A stretch of 58,011 nt of DNA, filler included, from Sphacelaria rigidula (Eukaryota), in the NCBI GenBank assembly GCA_964200075.2. It is 3 parts of 3 records of this genome, joined end to end, with 100 filler letters (N's around TTAATTAATTAA, not from the genome) between each part and the next. Parts side by side here need not be neighbours in the genome. Positions count along the whole stretch, not along the records: positions 38,748 to 58,011 come from CAXNAA020000702.1; 2 more parts are not named here. One strand, given 5' to 3'. The first letter of the stretch is position 1, and each line of letters begins with the position of its first letter. The notes beneath the pieces are model-generated. The model was given only the letters and a program-made list of their open reading frames with translations. It ran no database searches and was not told the DNA's origin. This document shows, piece by piece, positions 49,870 through 58,011 of this stretch. The position numbers were made by a program, and so were the translations under genes.

Positions 49870-51090
49870 ACACCCACAAGCATGGTTTGTACCAGATCTG
49901 CCCAACTGTTGTTTCACTACTTTCTATTTATCTCGCATATTGGTGCAGTTCATGCTGGTGCTCAACAATAATTCTCTGTCATACCACAAGGCAAGAGTCC
50001 CGACATGGTAGCTCACCACAGAGACTACACCATTGAAGGCGTTATTCATGGCCTCTTACTCCCTGTCCTTTTCTCCATTCTTCGCCACGCCATCGTCCCT
50101 TCCGTCGGCAGCAGCCATAGGGGGATGAGTAGCGAGCGGCGTACCATCCTTGATGGTGCCCACTGTAGCCGCCGGCTCGGCGGCATCTTGATGGATTTTG
50201 GACGCCAAGTATCTCTCCTCCGTTTCCCGTTCGCTGTGGATCTTGCAATGTCTTTTCCTCCCTTGTCGATGTGTCTCGCAGAGGTATCCTCCTCTTCGAC
50301 CGTCGCCCTCGCTGGTTGTGAATGACACACTCGGTTGTAATTATCTCGGCGTAACGACGATTTCGACAAGAGTCGCACCTGGCGTTTAACCAGGCAAACC
50401 CTCGTGAATCCCTCTCGCTGTACCTCAAGCGCTGCCTCCATCCAACTTCGGTGCGTCTGTTGACATGCATTGAGGTGATCGAGACAACACTCAACCAACA
50501 ACAAGCAGATGAGCCGAGATTTGGTGGAGATAGCGCTAGAGGTACAGTCAGAGCAACTCTCACCAAAGCTCGCCCTCTTAAAGGAAAGCCAGAATCTCGT
50601 CTGGACGGTCGTCATGCCAAGAGAATCACGACCGAGCGCACCTTTCACCAGCGCCGAGGGTGACGACCGCAGAGGAGGACACCCCCGGGGGATTCGTCGA
50701 CAAAAGAGAAAACGACACGAACGAGGTATGCAGCGAATGTTGAAACAGAGGTATGATACTTGAGTCCGAAAATCCACATAGGCGGGGTCGTGCAGGCGGG
50801 TACTAACGGTGCTGGTGCGCCGCTCGCCACTCGTTCTCCTGTGACTGCTTTCAGCGGAAATGATGATGGCGTGGCGAAGAATGGAGAAAAAGAGAGGGAG
50901 TAAGAGGCCATGGATGATGTCTTCAATGCTGTGGTGTCTGTGGTGAGCGACCATAGTGTGATTATTGCCTTGTGGTACGACCTGGAGAAAAATCGTTCAG
51001 CATCTGCATGAACTACTTCTCCATGTGGGAGGAATGCAAAGCAATGAGATAGCATTTCTGCGGGTCTAGTGCAAACTACACTTGTGAATT
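49870..51090. repeat. Diverged ~1.2-kb palindrome (inverted duplication with almost no spacer)
   Basis: CATGGCCTCTTACTCCCT..TTTTCTCCATTCTTCGCCACGCCATC near 50050 pairs with 50865-50912; further matched blocks converge on about 50480. Confidence 0.85.
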
Positions 51091-51483
51091 TGCCACGTTT
51101 AAATTCTCCCAAAATGTGTATTTGCGCCGAATGGGTATGATGAAGCCGTCGTTTTGCCGTGACATATGCCTGCCGCACGATCCCCAAAGGGTATACACGC
51201 TACTCTTTCGGAGCTCGATGTGCTTGAATTACCACCATTACATCAGGAAAGCTTGTGATCACAAGGACAAGATGGCGTTTTTACCATACATTATAACGCG
51301 GAATCAGCCTTCTCTCTGACAAGACGTTCGCTCGAAATAATAAAATGATAATTATTTCCGTTTCTTCCTCCCGAGATGACCTTTGCAAAGCCCTACTTGG
51401 AACACTCCGTGTGTCACTGAGCATGCGGCAGTAATTCCCTACCAATTAGATATCCAATGCCGGTACGGTAGGGTTGGCCGCGG

Positions 51484-51584
51484 CCTTCCATCATCGTGCA
51501 ACCTCATCTGGGATACGGATATTCGATGTGGACATCCATATCGGATATCCGTATCCCAGAAAAAGGTTGCGAGATGATACAAGG
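51484..51584 (+). ncRNA. Candidate pre-miRNA-like hairpin (or miniature foldback element)
   Basis: CTGGGATACGGATATTCGATGTGGA pairs with TCCATATCGGATATCCGTATCCCAG (two G:U pairs), plus a lower stem ATCATCGTGCAACCT / AGGTTGCGAGATGAT. Confidence 0.3.
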
Positions 51585-52479
51585 ATCCCAACTCGGCGCG
51601 GTGTCCAATCGTCAGACCCTCACACCCACCCCTTTCCGCCCCCGCACAGCTCTTACCCTGCCTACCCAGGACGGCATCTCCAGACTTCTTGTTCGTGGGC
51701 AGGACAAGAATGATGCCAAAACATCAAAGGGGAACCTTCAGAGGTATGTCCTTCATTTCAATGCGCATGTTTCGCTAAACCCGCACAGTCTTATCCCGGC
51801 GTGTTTGGGATGAGCACGCCAGGGTAAGGGTTGTTGGAGTGCTTTCGTACTGAACCGCCTGCGTCCCTATATCACGGGGATAAATCGGCGACGCTTTCTG
51901 GTTGGATGACCGAACTTTGGGGCGAGGTGTTGAACATTACAAAGTAATATGATAATTTGCAATCGACGTTGTTCTGGATTCTCTTTACCATGCTGTCGTC
52001 GTGCTCATACTACGCTGTTCAGTATCGACCGAGTGCCAGTTAGCGGCATCCGTACCCCCGAGCCAAATCTAATCGGACCCACAACCTACTGCGTTTCCTA
52101 CCCAACGTCACTACGCCAGCATCACGTAGTGTAGAAGCATCTACAGAATTCGAGATCGCGGCATCTTTTCGTTATTTTGTTTTGAAACAGGACAGCGGAA
52201 AAAGCATCAGCAGTAGAAACTTCGGCGGGAGGGGCGGAGGCGGAGGTGAAAGCGACGGAAGTCGGAGGGGCGTCGAAGTTTGATCTCCCCGAAGATCCGT
52301 CGACGATCTCATTGCTAGGAGACGTCCGAGACTTTGCACTCTCCACCGCGGCATCAGAGGCTAAGTAGTGCACTGGAGAGGTTTTTGCACTTGGAGACAC
52401 GGAGGAAACATCGACACACAGTACCGCGAAAGATTTTCTCCAACACGTCGATGGTGATGATACGCCCTGAAGACTTCGT

Positions 52480-54737
52480 AATTTCAGAACAACAATCCGG
52501 ACTAGGTCCGTACGCGTCCCACCCGGAAGGCACGTTGTTCGCATCGTCACGAACTGAGCGGCTCAGTGGCTCAGTGGTTTTAGTAACGTCTCAATCAACG
52601 TTAATCCCGTTGTCCATATAAGCTGGCAAGCCTAGAGATCTCTGGCTGATTGGCTTAGTGGCTCAGCGGCTCAGTGATCATTGTGAGATCTTCACAGCAG
52701 TTCATTCCGTTGTCTGTCCTAGCTGTCAAGCCTGAAGATCGAACTCCCTTTTTGACCTACGGTTGTCATCCCTGTGCAGTCAACTCCGCCAATCTGTGGG
52801 GAACGTTTTACCTTATGTGGGTGTGGGTTCGTTCATCACAAAGAAATGCCGCCAATAACTTGAGTGTCTGAGTGACTCGGTGGTTAACGTGACGTCTAAA
52901 CAAATGCTAGCCCCAAGGTTCAATTATCTCCGAGTGGTGTCACGGTATGTGTTGTCATCTCATCTATTTTGGACGCCCGTCTACCCCGTCCGGTATATGT
53001 GGGCGCATCATTCGGGGGTGACACAGGAGGAAGGCCAGCACAGGAGTTTCTTTTTCGATTTTAGCTCTCCACCTTTCGTCTGTAGTGCTTGCCTTTTTAC
53101 CGCGAGAGAGGTTCAGCGGCCCCTTTTCCTCGTCGACCGTGAACTCGGATTTTGAGTACCCACGACGCGGTCGCTCTCCACTGTTCGGCATGGTGTGAGA
53201 AGAAATGCCAGATTGTGTGACTACACCCAGATTCGGACCCACTATCCAACCGTCAGAGGGTTTCGAGGTTATCAACTGACCCACCAGGCCGACCGGATCA
53301 CGGTAGGGATGCACAAACTTCTGGGAATACGTCAAAATGGTCAAGGGGGCCACGGAAGGAATGTTCGTAAGGACGGTGTGTCGTCACCCTTGCGATCGAG
53401 AGTCGTGTCGGAGGGTGGACATGTGTACGACATCACACTGCACGAGGATAACCAGCGGTGGAAGCTATGGCTGAATAACGCATTAGTTCTGGCCGAAGTA
53501 AGCCCATTCATGGGAGGTGGTCTGAAATCCGAGATCTGGTCAGGTCAGAAGATATCCAGGTCCTACACGTAGAATCGGGATGGAATTGTGATGATGTCCT
53601 GACGAAACACCTGACAGCTACTTTTCTGGAGGGTTGCCATAATGCATTGACGAACGTAGCGGGTGACACGTAGGCGTGTGTGCTTTTTCCATGTGTATGT
53701 GTGTACGTGATGCGTTAGCCCTGAACCTCTGGGATCATAACCAGGTGAGTATTTCGTGCGTATGTCTGGCTAATCCACATACGCTGCTTGGAGGGGTACG
53801 AGTTTTGGTCGGGCACTCCTGGGCATAGCGTCCACCTGCCTTGGCCGGCGTTTGCGTCGGGCTGTAGTATTTGGTGCACACAGGTGAGGCTGGAATGTTT
53901 ATGTTGGCACTTTTGGGTGTAAGTGTACTGGTACGAGGGGGTATTATTCGCATTCTCTCTTTTTAGCACACGCGCTGCTCACATCTGGGATTTGTCCGCT
54001 CTGACTTGTACGCGAGCCCCCCCTCGGCCCCCTCCTGCTCCTATGCGTCAGTAGTAGAAGGTCTCCAGCCAGTGGGAGATACACTCGGTCGTACGGGCGG
54101 GGGGAGCACGCTGCTGTATTCAATCATGGAGCACATAAGCGAGCCATACCGCGGACTCAGGTCTGCAGCAGCAAAGTGATGTCCACGCGAAACTGAACGG
54201 TACTACGCCTGAAGGTTGTCTGCACATCTGAAACCACAGACGGCATACGCACCACACATACGTCACCTCATAGGCCAAGGACAAGGCGATACGAGTACCC
54301 ACAATCCGATGCCCTTGAAGGACCGGCCGAAGCAATGAAACTCACACATTAGCTTGCAGTGTTGTACGGGCCAGGCGTTAATATATTGGAGTTTTGCTGC
54401 TTCGACAACGTTTTGATATACATGTTTGTGAGATCAAAGCCAACGCCATTATCTTACCGGCTAAAATGACCGCAGCAGAACTGGAGTAGCCGCCTTTATC
54501 ACGGAAACAGTGCAGAATTTCAACTCGACAGTGGAACGTAATTCCTTGGCTGTTGAAGGCCTAACTTCAAGTTGCAATGTTTGGGTGAAGGTTGAGGTGA
54601 AAAGTAAAATATTCACCCTCTTTTTGAACCTTCAGCGTTAACACTGTGTCTACGGATAAGCATGCTAGAGTAAGGGTTGCTTCAACTCAGACGTTCGACG
54701 TTAAGCTGAAGGTTAATATTTGTAGTCTGAGCCTTGA
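52480..54737 (-). repeat. Long composite repeat, right copy
   Basis: Reverse-complement homology to 42486-45080, interrupted by the SINE and about 1 kb of extra sequence. Confidence 0.75.
52948..53297 (-). mobile_element. tRNA-derived SINE, full length with TSD
   Basis: Colinear with 26100-26468; TSD TCACGGTA at 52940-52947 and 53298-53305. Confidence 0.85.
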
Positions 54738-55207
54738 CGTGAAGTGATAAATCGAAGCTTACATCCAAATATCGAGCCTTAAAGTCGAATCTGTACTGAT
54801 GGTTTAAAATTGTCACGTTAGAAGATCATCTCTTCAGTTGAAGGATCAGTGTTCTACAAGAGTGTAGACGATTGACATTCACATCCGATTTTTAACTTGA
54901 TTCTTCATCTGAAACTCCCAACTATAATCGGAACCTCAAACGTCAAATTAGGTTCTCCCGGGGGGGTTTTCAACTTAGACCTCTAACTCGAAGTCATAGT
55001 CTCCATAATGGCGGGCAGAGTGGAATTGCCAAGCAAGTTCAAAATTGTCTGACGACACAGACCTTTCTTGGTCGCCTCGTATATGTTGCTGACGACCTGT
55101 GTGTTGTGTCTTGTGCGGCGTAGGCAGGTGGTACCGTCCACAGCGGCTTTGCTTTTGTTCCGTGATACCCCCCTCCACAGCCCCCCCCCCCCTATTATGC
55201 TCCCCCC

Positions 55208-55287
55208 TACTGTGCTCCGTCTCGAAAGGGATGCGTGGTCAATGGTCGCACGACTAAGGCAAGCAATAAATGAGTACACCCCCCCCC
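55208..55287 (+). mobile_element. Extreme 3' tip of the same LINE (plus orientation)
   Basis: GTGCTCCGTCTCGAAAGGGATGCGTGGTCAATGG...GCAATAAATGAGTACAC(C)n between C-runs. Confidence 0.7.
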
Positions 55288-55316
55288 TGGTTCGGGTCCC
55301 TTCTACACCGTTAGAG

Positions 55317-55818
55317 AGTTGGCGTCGGTTGACAACGACGCTGTAAAACACGCCACTCACTGCGTGTGCTAGGCAACCAGTTGACCGGGTTTTGTTCGCT
55401 TGCGCTTGTTTTGAAGCATCCATGATGGTGGTAGAGCTATATCATACTGTGCGGAGTGGAGAACCTGAACTCCGCGTAATGGGAGTGATCGTACTATTAA
55501 ACATGATTCTTATATTGTGATACAGCCGTGAGGCAGCGTGTAACCAGTGGCTGTCCCCGGAAGTGACGGTACCAGAAAAGTATGCAACGCATTAGAGGCT
55601 GCCATCCATATGCAAGACAATCAATACGATTGGCGCCGAATAATCTTGGCAGGATGCAGGTCACCCTCCATGCGACTCACCGAACACATCACGGCGCTTC
55701 GCGCTTGGTGATTGCGAGCTTGGTCCGGCTAAAAGTCGGCGTGCTCCGTCCCGGCTTTGTGGGGACGTCACGTCAATGGTCTTATGACTACAGCCTGCAA
55801 CATCATGAGTGCAGCCCT
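55317..55818 (+). mobile_element. SINE-like repeat, near full length (~500 bp)
   Basis: Colinear with 32798-33288; directly follows the LINE 3' tip and its C-run. Confidence 0.72.
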
Positions 55819-55899
55819 CTTCGTTTCTACCTTTGTAGTTACCCCAACCCTTCCCAAAATACAGCCACCTCCGCGTCCCGGTAGCCTTGTGGTGGTAAT

Positions 55900-57600
55900 A
55901 CTGACTCCGCTAGGTAGCAAAGAACGTAGCAGCTTCGATTCCCACAAGGTGCATTTGGTTTGGGTTTTGCCTCCCAAGCACCTGACTTCCGCCATTGAAA
56001 GCGTTTGGACGCGAGTAGCAAAAAAGAGTTCGACGATAGTCGACGAGATGCGAGAGTTCTAATCAAATGCGCGATATCACCGAGACGTAGGGCGTGTCCT
56101 TGTACCTGGGAAGAGAGGAGTTGATCCCGTGAGACGGCGGAGTCGTGCCGAGCAAGGAGAGGGGTTGGACGTGTGACGAACCAACCGATTGTACTATGTA
56201 CACACCCCTCTGTCCCATGAGTGATTTCGGTTACAAACTAGTTCAGGGTGAACACCAAATATGCACTCATCCGCAAAACCTCGCGCCGGGGTTTGGAGTT
56301 GAGACTCTGATAATTTGCACACACGTACTTGAGGTCATTCATTACAAAATCCCGGGACGTTTTGTTTTCGCTGTGAAGCATTGTAAACCGGCTTCGGGAG
56401 GCCTCCATGCCTGGACCCCCGGAAGTCGGTGGAAGAGTAGAGAATATTTGATTTTTTTTCAACCACTTGGTTATTCCATTTGAAGCAATGATACCTACCG
56501 AAGTGTCAAGTTTGAGGGCGATCTGAGTTTTGCTAGAATAGATGTAAAAAAAACCTTCTGGAGGCCTTGCGGTCTTTGATGCATGTCAGGGAAAGTCCCA
56601 CGACGCCAAACCTCCACATCACCGAAACACAACAGTTTTGGTGTGTATCTTGATCCCGTATATAAACCGTGTTAAATATATTCTTTCCGTTAGATGCCCG
56701 AGCTGATGGCGGTTACCATGATGGGAAGCATGTGAAGAGTGGGCGAAAATTGGGTTAGAAAATCGCATATTCAATTTCAGAACAACTTGAAGACCGTTGA
56801 TTGGTCGAGATACATTTTTGGCCTTAGCGCCCCCCTTATGGCCTTCAACAAAACTCCGAGTACGTCACCCTCTTTCAGTTCTCCATGGCGGTCCGTATGA
56901 TACCATGCATGCGACTATTGGTTGAGTATTGCGAAATACACTTCCCGATGAATGAACTTTGGGCGTTCACCCCCGGCCAGTCTGCATGTATGGAGGGAGT
57001 GCAGATCATATATCACGGGATTTTACACGTTGCGGGTGCATTTTTCCTTGAGCATGAATCCTGGAAACCTCCATGAGTATCGTACTATTTTCGAAGAAGA
57101 TGCAAATGCAGTCTCCGGCCGTGATGTGTGGCCTCGCTCATCGTAAAAGAAAACCTCTTTGCCCGTTGTATAAACTCGTGTTTTTCCACCACTTCTGTGG
57201 TCTCCTTCTCCTCTGCTCTCCCTTTTTGCAGCTTTCCCTTCATGTATGTATCTGTTCTTGCCGGTGTAGGCCAGAACAGTTCAGCGCCTCGCTTCCGCAG
57301 GGTTCATGGATGAGAGGATTCATGCACAAAATAGTGAGGTCGTAGTAGATAAGCCGAAATCTGTTCCCACGACTCTTCATTTTTCTACGAGTGCGAACAT
57401 GTGTGGCTTCTGCGCAAGACCTTACCACGGAAGCCATGCGGCAGAGGCCATCCCATTTCCACACATGCTTTTTTTTCTGCTGTATTTGTCGCTTCGTTTC
57501 TGTCCGTGGCCCACTCTGATTGTCCGTCTTGCACTACCGTTTTCCTCGTCACTTTTCTTCAGCGAGTGTTTCAGTGTTGGTCTTGTCTCGGGTACAAGCC
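55900..57600 (+). mobile_element. Highly degenerate LINE (RT remnants) ending in the TTCAGCGAGTGTTTC 3' family
   Basis: Fragments YRSVKFEGDLSFAR and KHNSFGVYLDP resemble RT subdomains; 57550-57597 matches the dispersed 3' repeat. Confidence 0.45.
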
Positions 57601-57681
57601 GGTTCAGGGTGAGCGATCGGAATTCACTGCTCAGCGGTTGCTCAAGCCGTTTTTTGGAGCTACACCCCAAAATTTTGTATA

Positions 57682-57957
57682 CGGGTGCTCTGAGATATTT
57701 AGAAGGGCTGCATAAACAGGGTCTTTCGAACTTTTTTTCACCGCCAGATATCCGTGGTTCCAGAAGGGGGTTGGAGGGCCTTTTTTGTTCTGTAACGTCC
57801 CTCCTGGGATCCCGGGTATCTAGCGGTAAACAAACAGTCGAAAGACCTCATTCATTTCGTCTTTTCTTTTTCTGAACCCTCCACCCAGGACCCCGGATAT
57901 CTGGTGGAGAAAAAAAATCCCATTTATGTAGTCCTTCTACAAATCTCAGAGCACCCG
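57682..57957. mobile_element. Small MITE
   Basis: CGGGTGCTCTGAGATATTTAGAAGGGCTGCATAAA pairs with TTTATGTAGTCCTTCTACAAATCTCAGAGCACCCG; TA on the left flank only. Confidence 0.65.
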
Positions 57958-58011
57958 CGAGTCATCCTACGATAGGGGGGGGGGTATTTAAAAAAAAAAA
58001 AAAAGAGGCTC

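Noticed and set aside
50046-50954. 302-aa minus-strand ORF
   Set aside because: Runs across the palindrome centre and has no recognisable domain; likely a chance open frame.

Overview
Eukaryotic, intron-rich and repeat-rich genomic DNA. Long introns, short GT-AG exons and the repeat content suggest a brown alga or other stramenopile (Ectocarpus-like); this is an inference. Two spliced genes were reconstructed by hand, both on the minus strand. (1) A 12-exon pyruvate kinase (18502->3570, about 554 aa) with an N-terminal extension resembling a mitochondrial presequence. (2) A gene of at least 11 exons (36929->26513, both ends unresolved) encoding a DUF924-like region fused through a Thr/Ser-rich linker to a TilS-type PP-loop tRNA(Ile)-lysidine synthetase. 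Introns and intergenic DNA hold hAT and Tc1/mariner/Stowaway-like MITEs with visible TSDs, a tRNA-derived SINE and degenerate LINE fragments. The most unusual repeat observation is a LINE family and a SINE-like family that share an ATGAGT(A/G)CAC-poly(C) 3' end and usually sit between C-rich tracts. The last 20 kb has no convincing intact gene. It holds a frameshifted low-complexity ORF, a 540-bp tandem duplication, two long diverged inverted repeat copies bracketing about 7.5 kb, a 1.2-kb diverged palindrome and a roughly 100-nt miRNA-like hairpin. Two 100-nt N gaps with a TTAATTAATTAA linker are assembly joins.
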